Shown here piece after piece: positions 43,288-57,273 of a DNA stretch of 64,000 nt (position 1 is the stretch's first letter; every line of letters starts with the position of its first letter). Made by a program: the position numbers and the translations under genes. Under the pieces are notes generated by a model, which was not told the origin of the DNA, did not search any database, and saw nothing but the letters and a program-made list of their open reading frames with translations. The DNA is from the human T2T-CHM13v2.0 reference genome, Homo sapiens: the NCBI RefSeq assembly GCF_009914755.1, contig NC_060927.1; one strand, written 5' to 3'.

Positions 43288-44742
43288 GTCCAACCTTACA
43301 TTCTCCTTCCACACTGCCCTAGTAGAGTATCTCTGTGAGGGCTTCACCCCAGCAGCAGGCTTCTGTCTGAACACCAGGCTTTTGCGTACATTCTCTGAAA
43401 CCTAGGAAGATGCTTCCAAGCCACTTTCACTCTTGCATTCTGTGCACCTGCAGGCTTAACACCATGTAGAAGCTGCCAGAGCTTATGGCTTGCACCCTCT
43501 GGAGCTCTGGCCTAAGCTGGACCTCTTTGAACCAAGGCTGAAACCAGAGCAGCTGGGATGTGAGGAGCAGTGTCCCGAGGCTGTGCAGGGCAGTGGGTCC
43601 CTGAGCCTGGCTCCTGAACCCATTCTTCCCTCCTAGGCCTCTGGGCCTGTCATGGGAGGGGCTGCCATGAATATCACTGAAATGCCTTTGAGGCCTCTTC
43701 CTCATTGTCTGGATATTTACACTTAACCCACTTTTAGGTATGCAAATATCTCTAGCAGGTGGTTGCTCCATAGCCTGCTTGAATTTCTCTCCCCCAAAAA
43801 AGCTTTTTCTTTCTTTGTCACATGGCTAGGCTGCAAATTTTCCAAACTTTTATGCTATCCTTCCCTTTTAAATATAAATTCCAAATTTTGTCATTTCTTT
43901 GCTCCAATATCTGGACATAGGTTGTTAGAAGCAGCCAGGACACATCTTGAAGGCTTTGCTGCTTAGAAATTTCTTCCACCAGATACCCTCAATCATCACT
44001 TTGAAGTTCAAACTTCCACAGATCCCTAGGGCATAGACAGAATGCAGCTAAGCTCTTTGGTAAGGCATAACACCTGTGACCTTTGCTCCAGTTCCCAATA
44101 AGTTCCTCATTTCCATCTGACACCTTGTCAGCCTGGACTTCACTGTTCATATCACTATCAGCATTTTGGTCACAACCATTTAACCAGTCTCTAAGAAGTT
44201 CTAAACTTTTCCTCATCTTCCTCTCTTCTTCTGAGCCATGTGAATTCTTCCAATTTCTGCCCATTACCCAGGTTCCAAAGGTGCTTCCACACTTTCAGGA
44301 ATCTTTATAGCAATGCCCCTCTCCTTGGTATCAATTTTCTGTATTAGGCTATTTGTTGCATTGCTATAAAGAAATATCTGAGACTGGGTAATTTATAAAG
44401 AAAGAAGTTTAATTGGCTTATGGTTTTCCAGCCTGTACAAGCATAGCACCAACATCTGCTTGGCTTCTGGGAAGGCCTTAGCGAGCTTTTACTTATGGCA
44501 GAAGGGGAAGTGGGAGCAGGCATGTAACATAGCAAAAGCAAGAGAGAGAGTGGGGAGGGGAGAGGTGCCACACTTTAGAATAACCAGATCTTGTGAGAAT
44601 TCATTCCCTATCACAAGGACAGCACCAAGCCATGAGGGAACAGCTCCCAAGACCCAAACACCTACCACCAGGCCCCACCGCCAACAGTGGAGATTACAAT
44701 TCAACATGAGATTTGCACAGGGACAGATATCCAAACTATATC
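43288..44742 (-). mobile_element. MST MaLR: LTR (44340-44742) plus ~1 kb truncated internal sequence
   Basis: LTR TGTATTAGG...CCAAACTATATCA on the plus strand; internal region starts (minus) GAAAATTGATACCAAGGAGAGGGGCATTGCTATAAAG; ORF remnant ...ELLRDWLNGCDQNADSDM... typical of MaLR-int. Confidence 0.85.
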
Positions 44743-44744
44743 AG

Positions 44745-46130
44745 TCCCTTATAATCCTTTTTTATTTCTGATGCATCTGTTGTGATGTCTCCACTTTTAT
44801 TTCTGATTTGATTTATTATTTGCATCTTTTCTTTTTTTCATAGTCTAGCTAGGGCTTTGTCAATTGTGTTTTGTTTTTCAAATGACCAACTCTTGGTTTG
44901 ATTAATTTTTTTCTATGTTTTTTATTCCCTATTTATTTTTATTCTGATCTTTTGCAAAAATAAATTAATGGGAGTATGTAAAACTAAAAAGATTCTACAC
45001 AGCAAAGGAAACAATTAACAAAGGAAAAGACAACCTACAGACTGGGAAAAAATATTTGCAAACCACATATCTAATAAGTGGTTAATATCCAAAATTTATA
45101 AAAACTCTTACAACTTAACTGCAAAAAACCAAATAACTCAATTTTTAAAATGGGCAGAGGATCTGAACAGATATCTCTCCAAAGATGACATAAAAATGGC
45201 CAACGGATATGAAAAGGTGCTCAGGGTCACTAATCATTAGGAAAATGCAAATTAAAACCTATGAAATATCACCTCACACCCCTAAGAATGTCTGTTATCA
45301 AAAAGAAGAAATAACAAATGTTGGTGTGGAGAAAAGAGAACCCTAATATATACTGCTGGGGGACAGTAGACTGGTACAGCCACTATGGAAAACAATATAG
45401 AGGTTCCTAAAGAAATTAAAAGTATAACTACCAATGACCCAGCAATCCCTCTTCTGGGTATATACCCAAAGGAGAAGAAAATACCACCCCATAAAGATAT
45501 CTCCCATGTTCATTCCAACATTGTTCACAATAGCCAAGATATGGAAACAATCTAAATGTCTATCAATGGAGAAGTGGATAAAGAAAGTGTGGCATATATA
45601 TACAATGGAATATTATTCAGCCTTATAAAAGGATATCCTGTCATTTGCCATAACATGGATAGACCTGGAGGACATTACGCTAAGTGAAAAATAGCCAGAC
45701 ATAGGAATAAAAATATTGCATGACCTCAATTATATATGGAATATTTAAAAAAAAAAAGAGCTCAAGTACACAGAGATAGAGAATGAAACAACGGTTACCT
45801 CAGGCAGGGTTGGTAGGGGAGAGGAAATGAGGGAATGTAGGTCAAAGGATACAAAACAGTAGATACGTAGGATGGACAAGTCTAGAGATCTAATGTCAAT
45901 ATGAGGACTAAAATTAATAAAATTATATTGTATTGGGAATTTTTGTTAAATAAGTAGATTTTAGCTGTTCTTGTCATAAAAAAGTAACTATGTGAGGTCA
46001 TAGATATATTAATCTGCTTCACTATAGTAACCATTTTATTATCTATATGTATCCCAAAACATCATGTTGTAAACCTCAAATATACACAATAAAATTTAAA
46101 AATCAAAAATAAAATATTTTTTAAAAGAAT
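44745..46130 (+). mobile_element. L1MA 3' part (44955-46130) preceded by an antisense L1 ORF2 piece (44745-44952)
   Basis: Sense ORF2 end and 3'UTR with A-rich tail; the upstream T-rich piece matches antisense L1 ORF2. Confidence 0.75.
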
Positions 46131-47399
46131 AAAGGAAAACATTTGAAGTAGTCATTTTGGGAGGAAAATAAACATACTGGGGAAACACGGTAAGATTGCT
46201 GGGCAGTGCTGAGTGCCATTCTGAATCAAGATTATCATCTTAAATGAGAGACTTGGTATATTTGGATGCTTTTCTCCATAAATATTCTCTTGTTTGGGTA
46301 CAGCCATGGAGTAGGTATACGACTGAGTTTAACCATTAGGTCTTTGCCAAACAAAGGGAAAGGGGTGGAAAAAGTCAAAGGTATTTGCGAGATAATGGTT
46401 ATGATGATGGGCCATGAAATTAACTGTGAGGAGGTAGGTGAGGAGTGAGTATATGAGGTTACAAAAGAAGTGAGTAATTATTATCATGGGGGTAGAGTCG
46501 AAGTGAAGGGCACCATGAAGTGGAAGATTAGCTGGTAAGTATGGTGGGAGGGCATTGAGGGGGTGATTAGAGAGTAGGAGGCTTGAAATCAATTTCAGAG
46601 GTCATGTAGTCATTGGCACTGATGAGGTCAATTGATATGATCATGGGAATGGGCAACTCAGGTAGGGTAAAAGAAATGATGGCTGAATGCGAGGCAGTTC
46701 AAAACCAGAGACAGCAAGAATACAGAAGTTAAGAATGATGACAAGAGTACAAGGTGGAAGAAAGAGTGGGCTAGTCACTGAAGTAATCAGTGTATGAAGA
46801 GAATGACCAGGGTTTGGTAGATGTCAGCAAAAGAAACACCTGGATTTTGTGGGGGTGACTGAGGTGACTAGGGATGTTAGGCATGCTGGAATCAGTCCTG
46901 ACAATCTCATGACAGAAGGTGGGAAACTTATTGTGGAGCCTAGGGCTGCTGGTTTCTCCAGCATCTGGTGTTTTAAGATCAGCATTTGAGTCCAAACTCT
47001 ACCACACTAACTGTGTGAGCTTGTGAAAGGCTACGAAAAACCTGCTTATTCTCATCTGTAAAATGAAGACAAATGTTCAATGAATTGCCTAGTTCATAAG
47101 GAGCATTTGAAATAATGAATGCAAAAGCACTTTGCAAGCTCTAAAGGGCTATAGAAATGTTAGTTAAAATTAAAAATTTATGTCTTGCATTGTCATGACC
47201 AGCCTTTAAACCAGAGCTAGAAGAATTACCTATTCATCTCTTTATCGGCCACAATACGTAACACATATCCTATGATTTAGAGATTACAAGCTTGAATAAC
47301 ACTGAACAATAAAAGCTTATAAAATGAATGAGTCTGTGACTAATGTCTCCAATGTTATTATCAACATTACCATCATTACTGTTAAGCATTAATGCTTCA

Positions 47400-47707
<308 letters not shown>

Positions 47708-49333
47708 TACACATCCTGGTTTTTCTTTTTACCAAATCCATTGAAATGAAGAAAAAGTAATATTTCTTCAAGTTAAAGTCACACAAATATTTATACACTT
47801 TGACCTAATAATCTCATTCCCATAACATTTTTATCATTTAATCAAGCACAACATATATTTACTCTTTTCTCTGTTCTTCAGAGAAAAGTGCAGAAACCAT
47901 AAGTACACATATAAATTTTTAGAGTGAACACACACATAATAGCCCAACTCCTAAAAATTTGATGTCATAAAATATTCCCCTAAAATGTAAAAGCCTAATA
48001 TCTAAAGATGAGGTATTCACACTATGTTATAGTGCAAAGGAGCAAAAAAAAGCTCATTGTTTGGTGAAGGGAAAATGGAGTAAATATTGGCACATAAATT
48101 CAGTGGAACAATATGGAGCCATTAAAAACGACAACCGTGAAGAACCGCAAAACAAAATCCACCAACTTGAATGCCCTTGAGTTAAGTGGGTAGAAGAACT
48201 ATGAGAAGGAGCCTGGTATAAGATGATAAAAGATAGGGGAGGTAGGTCAAAGACGGTCAGAAAATGCAGAGTACAGAGTGCTTGCAGGCCCCACATAAAG
48301 ACATTCACATTAAAACATTTAAAAATAATAAAGGAAGATAAAACATGGTATTGAAAAACAAAACATGTTATGGACCAAATGTTGCCCATAGGTCTTTAGT
48401 TTGTGACCCTTTCTGGAGATAGAGGAAAATAGTCAACGGTGAAATAAACATACTAGATATGGCAATATGATTATAACATAAAGATTATGTTGACATATGG
48501 ACAATCACTGGAAGTGTGGAAAAAATGAATGTCGGCCTTGGTGGAAACTTGGCCAAATAACTTTACCCCTTTTAAGCCTCAGTTTCTTCATCTGTAAAAT
48601 AGGGATTTAAAAAATTGCCTCCTTCGTACAGCTGTTGTAAAGGTTAAGTGTGATTGAAAGGGCAAAGTGAGTAGAAAAGGACCTGGCAAGTGGCAAACAA
48701 AACTATTCTCCCCCTCATTTTCCTCCTCCTCCTCCTCATTATTATTTTGTTATTATTAACTATTTCTGCATTTTATATCCCACCATCCTGTTTCCCTTTG
48801 TTCTACTAACTCCAGCCACAATAGCTTTCTTGTTATTTTTCCAATATGTTTTAGCCTTAGGGCCAAAATTCTTTTGCCCTTAGTATTTGTCTTACTTCCT
48901 GAGAGCTTTTGCTCAAATGACACTTCCTCAGAAGGATTTTCCTGTCCGCCTCACCCTGCTTTTTCTTCATTGCACTTAGAACCATCTGATATCTTATGTG
49001 TATATGTGTATATATACATACGTTTATATAAACACATCTGTGTGTATATCTGTGTATTATATATATATACACACACAAGGGCAGGACTTTGCCTAACTTG
49101 TTTACTGCTATATTCCCAGTTCCTTGAAGGGTACCTGGCACATAATAGACATTGAGGCATTATTTGTTGAATACTGTTAAATGTTTAGGGTGGAGATATT
49201 GTGCCTTTTCTTCCCCCTTTTTTTCTAAATCCCAGAATGACAATGTTTGTAAAATCAATGATTTAAAAGCACATTTTCCTGCAGGTGATCTTAATGTGTA
49301 ACTCTTTGTAATCTTTTGTAACTTTTTTGACAG

Positions 49334-49553
49334 ATCAGCCATGCAGAAGCTGGGGACAGAAGTATTTGAAGAGGTCTATAATTACCTCAAGAGAGCAAGG
49401 CATCAGAATGCTAGCGAAGCAGAGATCCGCGAGTGTTTGGAAAAAGTGGTGCCTCAAGCCAGCGACTGTTTTGAAGTGGACCAGCTCCTGTACTTTGAAG
49501 AGCAGTTGCTGATCACGATGGGAAAAGAACCTACTCTCCAGAACCATCTCTAG
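49334..49553 (+). CDS. NEK11: NEK11 (NIMA-related kinase 11) terminal coding exon
   Basis: Acceptor TAACTTTTTTGACAG|A at 49333/49334; reads (x)SAMQKLGTEVFEEVYNYLKRARHQNASEAEIRECLEKVVPQASDCFEVDQLLYFEEQLLITMGKEPTLQNHL*, recognised as the NEK11 long-isoform C-terminus; the neighbouring NUDT16-family locus fits known synteny. Confidence 0.93.
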
Positions 49554-50240
49554 GCAACTATCAAAAAGAAGCAGAAGTTCAAGTGGACAAATTTATGTGA
49601 AAATTCATTTAACATATAAGCTGAACTCTATTATGGGGAATGGATACAAAAGCAGAGCTCCCATCTTGACTTTCAATTCCTCATCAGAAGTACTGGCTTC
49701 TTTAGAGAGTAGTAAGCATGGCTGCCTATGCTTGGAGTCATAAGTGTTATTTGGACTATACCCTGAGATAAGCTTATAGATCAAGTTTGGCTCCCTTGAA
49801 AAGCATTTCTCTCATGTGCGCCCTCAGGGCTTCCAGCAGGATTGAGTCACCCTGACGATGACCGGGGAGAAGCCGTGTGCTCTTCATTATTTTCAGCTGG
49901 AGGACAGAGCTCAGTGCCTGACTGCCTAGGGTCTCATGGACTGTAGGCAGCCTGCCAGTGAAGGTCACTGGACTCTAGCCTACAACATGCTGAGCTACAG
50001 CCCAGAAGCCAGACATGCCTGTCTTAGCTGACCTGTTTTTGGTCCACTTTTGCCCTTCCATGACTAATAAGGAAGATATGTGTGTATTTCATACACACAC
50101 AAGGACCTGGATTAAAAATCCAAAAAGTGATTCTCTTCTATGATTTATTTCAAACTCATCCATAGATAATTCAAGATTTGTATTCAAAATAAACATAGTT
50201 TTCACAGTTACAAAATAAATCACCTATTTTATCTTTTCCT
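49554..50240 (+). other. NEK11: NEK11 3'UTR
   Basis: Unique sequence between TAG (49551-49553) and the tandem poly(A) signals; the end is approximate. Confidence 0.8.
50188..50219 (+). terminator. Tandem polyadenylation signals
   Basis: AATAAA at 50188-50193 and 50214-50219, followed by a T-rich tract. Confidence 0.8.
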
Positions 50241-50627
50241 TATGTAAAACTTTCTTATTGAATGTAACATATCCATCCTTTGATAATTATTACTTAGAGC
50301 CAGTAATATTTGGTTAATTTGGTGCCTGTTGGGTACTAGTACTGTGCTTAGTAGTTTAAGGGCCTTCATTGGATCTTTTCACTAACTTGAGAGAGATAGA
50401 GTGAAAGAGAGAGAAAGAGAGAGAGAGAGACAACAGAGAAAGAGAGATGCTCAGGTTAGGTAATTTGCTTAGTCACTCAGCTGCAAGAAGCAGAGTTGGC
50501 ATTTGAAACTAGGTCTGTCGCATTCCAGAATCCATACTCTTAACCAGTGTCTATCAGAATTTTCAACCATGGAACTATATTAGATTTGCTTGTGAAGCTT
50601 TTTAAACATAGACACATTTAAATATAC

Positions 50628-51537
50628 TGTTAATGAAAAAATTATTGACACTTATTGAAATGGCAAAAAGACTGTAATCAGGACTATTTTGATAGGTATC
50701 AACAATATTGCAATATGGGAGAGGCATTGGGCTCAACTCTGAAGTTTCTTTGCTGAAGCAAAGAAAACTAGAGATTAATAGCCAATTAGCAGGATACGGG
50801 CCTTGGTGGATGGAAAATTTCTAAAAGGAGTATTCAAAGGTTGGGGGTTGTATTCATCTGTTTAGTGTTGCCATAAAAGAATACCAGAAGCTGAGTAATT
50901 TATAAAGAAAAGAAGTTTATGTAGCTCACGGTTTTGTAGGCTGAGAAGTTCAACGGCATGGCCCTGGCTTCTGGCAAAAGCTGTTGTGTTCCATCACAAC
51001 ACGGCAATGAAGGGGAAGTGGACAAGTAGGAAGACAGAGAAACCTGAGGGGTGTCCTGGCATTATAACACCCACCCTTTGGGGAAATAATCCATTCCTTC
51101 AAGAAACAATCCAGCCTAGAGAGCAAGAACTCCAGAGCAGTAGCAAGCTATTTTTCAGGGTGCTCCCCCATAATCCAAACATTTTCCACTAGGCCCCACC
51201 TCCCAACATCACCACTTTGGGGATCAAATTTCAACATAAGTTTTGGAGCAGGCAAATATTCACACCATAGCAGGGAGATTCCTGCTAAACTGACTTAAGA
51301 TTCCCACTGGAGGAAGGCCAGGGTCATCAGAGATTGAGGGCAGGTGATGAGGAATTTGATCAGATACTGAGGGTGATCAGCTATCAAATGTGGGGTATTC
51401 TCAATAAACTGACTTTACCAGAATTCTTGCTAAAACTGGGTTTGGCAGGCTGAAGACAGAGCCAAGAATGAGGCCTCATAAAAAAGAGGGCTCAAAAGAG
51501 CCTGTCTAAAGTTTGGTCGAGGAGATAATCTTTGTCA
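50628..51537 (-). mobile_element. MER31-type LTR interrupted by an MST MaLR LTR (50849-51272)
   Basis: Ends ...AAAGTTTGGTCGAGGAGATAATCTTTGTCA; nested TGTATTCATCTG...CACCATAGCA MST LTR. Confidence 0.7.
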
Positions 51538-51749
51538 ATACCAAGACCCACCCCACTCCCTTCTCTGGGAAGACAAGGGGCTAAAACATATCTATTGTTT
51601 CAGAACTGTCTGGGTGAATTTGATGCCCACAGTACTGTTATTCACTTTTCAGCCTCCTGCTGATGACTGAGGAAACTAAGAGAGTTTCTTTATCTTACTA
51701 ACTTGTTTTCAGTGGTGCTGTGCTTCCTGCATGATGCACTCTTTTAGAC

Positions 51750-51910
51750 CAGTGATTCCCACATTTGAGCATGCATTCGAATCACCTGGAGTGCTTGTTG
51801 AAGCATAGATTGGTGGATTCCATCACCAGCATTTCTGATTCAAGAGATCACGGTTTCTAACATGTTTCCAGGTGGTGCCAGTGCCACTGGTACCACACAG
51901 AACAATTGTT
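51750..51910. mobile_element. MER5A-like DNA transposon
   Basis: CAGTGATTCCCACATTTGAGCATGCATTCGAATCACCTGGAG...TTCTAACATGTTTCCAGGTG. Confidence 0.7.
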
Positions 51911-54526
51911 CAAGACCTTTCTTTCTGTTGTCTCTCTTCTCCCCCTCCCTCTTTTTGGAACAGTGTTTTGGCTGCTCTTAATTGGGGGCTTAATTAATCT
52001 CACATCTTGGAAGGTGGTATGAGGACTTCCAAGAAGGGTCCAAAGACTTCAAATGCTTCACAGTGAATATAAGCAAGTAGTGACTGGGGTGGAGTGGTAG
52101 GGGAGTCAGTGTGAATAACTTGAGAGAACTTAATGGGCTTATTTTAAGGACAAAGGGGCATGGCCACTGTGCCCTAACACTCTATCCTGTGGCTTCACTT
52201 CTATCCCTGCCCAGCAACCAAAGGAACCACCCAGGTGAACCCACAATTTCTCTAGTGCTCAAGGGTTATGAACATCACTCTTCTGAGTTCCCACAACTCC
52301 CTTACATTATAGAGAGGTTTTGGGGGCTGCACAAAACTTCATTCTGCCTCTTCCCAAAGCTAATGATGCCCATTCTCACCCTCTCTCCCTGCATACTGGA
52401 GAATTATTCCTGGCTGGGAGGCTGGGGGTCAGGAGCATGTCTGTGCTCTCACAGCCCCTGTGTCTGCAGCAGGAAAAGCAGACCTCAAATACTGCTTCTG
52501 GAGGTGGGATCTGAGACTTTTCAGAATTTGGAACTTGAGTGTGTTTCCCAGGTCAAAATCTACGACCCGTGGTTGTTGCCATGGTAGAACACTGAAAATC
52601 AGGTTTGCCCTGGGAAACCTAGGATGATGGGGGCATGTGACCACACTGCTGCTGACAGCAGGCATGCAAATTGCCATCACATTAACAGGGAAGAGACCTC
52701 ACCCCAGAAAATGCTCCCCAGAGCTCACATGCCCTTTTGTGACCAACCAGATTGCAAATATGACTGGAAGAGCGGGGACCATAATATTACCCCAGTTAAT
52801 AAAAATTGCCCAATCTTCTTGTCGATGGTTTTTATAACATTAGAACAGAACAAAACTTGTGTGCTGGGTCCTAAGAGGAAATAGCTAGATTTTCAAATAG
52901 TTTCTTTCACAAACAGATTCACCTTCCTATCTTGCATTTCAGAACATGGTTCTTAGAAGACAGGTGCAGACTAAAAACAGCTTACTCTCCAGGGATTTGT
53001 GTTATGCACTTCATCAGGCTCAAAAGAAAAAAGAGCTAGGAAGAAATATCATTTTGAATCATAGCTCCATGCCTCTAAAGAGAAGCTCACTCAAGTTTAC
53101 TTTCATTTGGTTCACTGGGGTGGGAGTGGGGAAGAAGATTTAACATTACTTGAATGTTAAATCTTTTACTTATCACCACTGAGAAAATGCTTTCTCTTTC
53201 AGCTGTACTCAGTCTTAATTTTGAACCACTTCAAATTGTATTAGTAACGATCCAACTGCAAGATGGTGGGGGAAATTGACTAAGGAGTTAAACTAGGAAG
53301 TTTCTTGTTATGAAACAGTCACAGGTATGAGCAAATAAAGGGATCCTGCTAGCTTGCTGCTTTGTAAAAAAAAATATATATATACATATATATTTCAAAA
53401 ATGCCAGTTGACCTTTCTGCTTTCTATTTATACAGAGGAAATGCCACCAGCTATTTTGGGTGATGCAGAGATAAAGCACACAAAGGAGAGTGCTGGAAGT
53501 TAATTATTTAATGTCTTTGGGGCTGAAGTTGGAGCAAAGCCCTAGGTATATTTTAAGAGTCCAGCCATCACAGTGGGCTCAGAGTAAAGGAGGCTGACAA
53601 ATTAAGCAGTAGCTCAACAGGGGGAAATATACCACATTCCTCTTTCAAGATGATGGGTTCACTAGCTAGTGTATCAGAAGGGAATGGGGCCAGGCCACTA
53701 AGGTGATAAACAGAAACAGGCAAAGAGAAGGAGAAAGTGTGGGGCTGGGGGAAGGAGAGAGGCACGGGTGGACACAGAGCAAAACAAATGTTTTAAAGTA
53801 CTTCTGCCACACCTGTGTAAGGAAAAAAATTGAACTTGATAGCAGATGACTTGGATTCCAGGCCTACTCTTACCATTTACTGTGTGATCTAAAGCAACTA
53901 AGTGATTTCCCCTGAATCTGTTTCCTGCCTGTGTCTGAAGATTGCTGTAAAGAATAAATAATACAATAGGTTGAATCACATGAAATTGCCACCGTGATTC
54001 AGCCTAATGTGTAGAAGTGCTTTAAATGCCATAAAATGTTCTCAACTTTGAGGAAAAAAAATCATTAAATGTATTATCAAGCTACCTCATCTTCCACCAT
54101 TGGAGATTCATCCCTGAAGACTCCCTTAGGTTTCTAGGCTTCTATAATTACCATCCAAATGCACCCTGAAAGATAAACACTTTTAGCCATTTTCAGCTAG
54201 CACTTGACCAGAAATTAGCTGAGAGCCAGCTAAGAGCTGACAGAACCATGAGGAAGACAGCTCTGGAAGGCAAGTCAGTGGACTCTCCAGACCAGCCTTG
54301 CTTTCTTTCAGTGCCTCAACTCACTTCATGAGTCTGCAACACCACAGTGTTCATCATTGCCAGAAATCTTAGGATGCTCAAGTTTTTTCCTTAACTTTAG
54401 AAGGAAGTTCAGAAATTTGGTTCAACAAATATACATTATAAAATAATACACAAATATTCACTAGGAGTACCACAGTTATTAACATTTATACAGAATTGAA
54501 AACTTGACACCAATAGGAATATTTTC

Positions 54527-54868
<342 letters not shown>

Positions 54869-55882
54869 TTAGGTTTAGTTCAGGAGACAATCTTTCAACA
54901 GCTAGAAACATTCTTTTTCCTTCCCAAAATTTTGTGGCTTTTCCCACTTTGATAGTTTGAATTTTTAGTCCCAATTTACCCCTCCCTAAACCCCTGACTA
55001 TTGCCTTATAACTTTGTAGTTCTCAATATTTCCCCACTCCTTGACTCTGAGTTTGGCCATGGAACTTGTTTTGGCTGAGGAATATACTAAGGGGCTGGAA
55101 ACATGTCGGTGCAGTTGGATATGTTCTCTTGCATCTCCCTCATCACCAGCCAGCCTATCATAGGAGGATGACAGAGATGGAACAGAGCCACACCAGCCAA
55201 CCCACAGAGTGACGCAAAGTCATCTCAGCCACTGCAGGCAAAGCAGAGCCGCTCCAGGGGACATAAAACTCCCAGGCAAGAGATACATATTTCTTGCTGC
55301 ATGCTATTCAGGATTTGTGGTTGGTTGTTATGTGGCATTATTATGTCAATAAGCTAACCAACATGTCTTCCTTCTCCTGACATCACTCTTTATTCCTCCT
55401 CCAACACTTTTTTTTTTTTATCAAATCCTTGGGCTTGTAAAAAATTTTTTTGGCATTGATTTTTATAAATCTGGAGGAAGTTTGTCTCCAACTATATTAT
55501 TCTGTGGCTTCTTAGACAAAATATGGATACCCTTTTTCAATATGGCCCAGGTGAGCCACAAACTCTGACTTTCCTGGCCTTCAGCATATTTCAAGGTAAT
55601 GTGGGATGATAGCATGGAGCCTACCTGGACTATCCCTTCTAATTCTATTCTTTGGATTTCAGCTCAACGTGTGTTGAGCTCCCATTCTGTACTAGGCACT
55701 AAGTATAAGCACACAATTTTGAATGATAAGAATTCACCAGACAAAAGAGAGGAAAAGATCTTGCAGGCATGAGGAACACAAAGATGGAAGACACAGCCCT
55801 ATAGGTTCTGGGAATCTGAAATCTTTTGGTGCTGGTGGAACATGAAATATGAGAGTGATAATGTCAGGTTTAGCGAGAAGGG

Positions 55883-56390
55883 GATAGTGGCCAGCCTCCA
55901 ACATGACTTCCAGTGATTCTCACTTCTGGTATTCACGTCCTGTGTAGATCCTTCCCACACTGCCTCGGGGCGGCCTGTGTGACCAACAGAATAATGTAGA
56001 AGTGATGGTGTGTGACTTCTGAGACTAGGTCATAAAACACATGGATTTCATCTGTATCACCCACACTGGAGGACGCCAGCCACTGTGTTGTAAGAACATG
56101 TAGGCAACCCTATGGAGAGATCTATGGGATAAAAAATTGAGACATTTTGCCAACAGCCAGCACCACCTTGCCAGCTGTGTCAGTGAGATATGGGAAGCAT
56201 ATTCTCCAGCCCTGGTCAAGCCTACATTTGACTACAGATCTGGCTGACATCTGGACTAAAACCTCATGAGAAACTCTAAGCTAGAACCACCCCCTTTTAA
56301 TTCCTGACCTACAGACACTGTGAAATAATGAATGTTTCTTTTGATGGTGTTAACACATTTTACAGTATGTTTCAGCAAAACATCACCAAT
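55883..56390 (+). mobile_element. MLT1F-like MaLR LTR (another MLT1-like piece at ~54950-55345)
   Basis: GGCCAGCCTCCAACATG...GAAGTGATGGTGTGTGACTTCTGAGACTAGGTCATAAAA...AATTCCTGACCTACAGACACTGTGA. Confidence 0.7.
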
Positions 56391-56854
56391 ACAGAAGGCA
56401 AAGCTCAGATACATGCTGTCACATTTGCTCTGCTGTGTCCTGTATTTAGGGGCAGCCACTGCAAAGTTATTGATGAACATGATCTTTAGCTGTATCATGG
56501 CACTGGGTGGAGAGCAGGTTTGAAAAGGGTGAGACTGGAAGCAGGACAGAAAGGCAGGAGGTTTGTCCAGGTGAGAAAAGATGAAGGCCTGACTTGCATC
56601 TGATGAAGTCAAGACATCCTGAGGGGAGATCATGAGAGAGAACTGAGGACTGACTGGATGGGTAGAGGAGTGATGGAGTGGTCTGTGAGGACTGGTAGTT
56701 TTACAGCACAGGTGACTGGGCAGGAGACAGGTCATTCACAGAGCTGGTGATACAGGAAGACATGCAGATTGGGCGGCTGGAAAAATACTGAGTTCATTCC
56801 TGGGTGTTTTGAGTTTGGGGTGCTTGTGGGGTATTCAATTAAACAGGTCTAGGT

Positions 56855-57225
56855 GGCCAGGCTCAGTGGCTCACGCCTGTAATTCCAGCACTTTGGGAGG
56901 CCGAGGTGGGTGGATCACGAGGTCAGGTGTTCGAAACCAACCTGGCCAACATGGTGAAACTCCATCTCTACTAAAATACAAAAACTAGCCAGGCATGGCA
57001 GCAGGCGCCTGAAATTCCGGCTACTGGGGAGGGCAAGGCAGGAGAATTGCTTGAACCTGGGAGATGGAGAATTGCTTGAACCTGGGAGATGGAGAATTGC
57101 TTGAACCTAGGAGATGGAGAATTGCTTGAACCTGGGAGATGGAGAATTGCTTGAACCTGGGAGATGGAGTGCATCACACCATGCACTCCAGCCTGAGTGA
57201 CAGAGTGAGACTCAGTCTCAAAATA

Positions 57226-57272
<47 letters not shown>

Positions 57273-57273
57273 A
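56855..57273 (+). mobile_element. AluS containing a 25-bp minisatellite and a (TAAA)n tail
   Basis: Alu head at 56855; TSD-like AGGTCTAGG on both sides. Confidence 0.9.
57041..57169 (+). repeat. Minisatellite, 5 x 25 bp
   Basis: GGAGAATTGCTTGAACCTGGGAGAT at 57041, 57066, 57091 (1 mismatch), 57116 and 57141. Confidence 0.97.

Noticed and set aside
49341-49553. Stand-alone 70-aa gene
   Set aside because: The ATG is internal to the NEK11 last exon; the splice acceptor is 7 nt upstream.
52111-52587. 158-aa ORF in unique intergenic DNA
   Set aside because: GTG start, no recognisable domain and no convincing exon boundaries.
57041-57169. CRISPR-like array of 25-bp repeats
   Set aside because: Head-to-tail repeats with no spacers, derived from Alu sequence; eukaryotic context with no cas genes.
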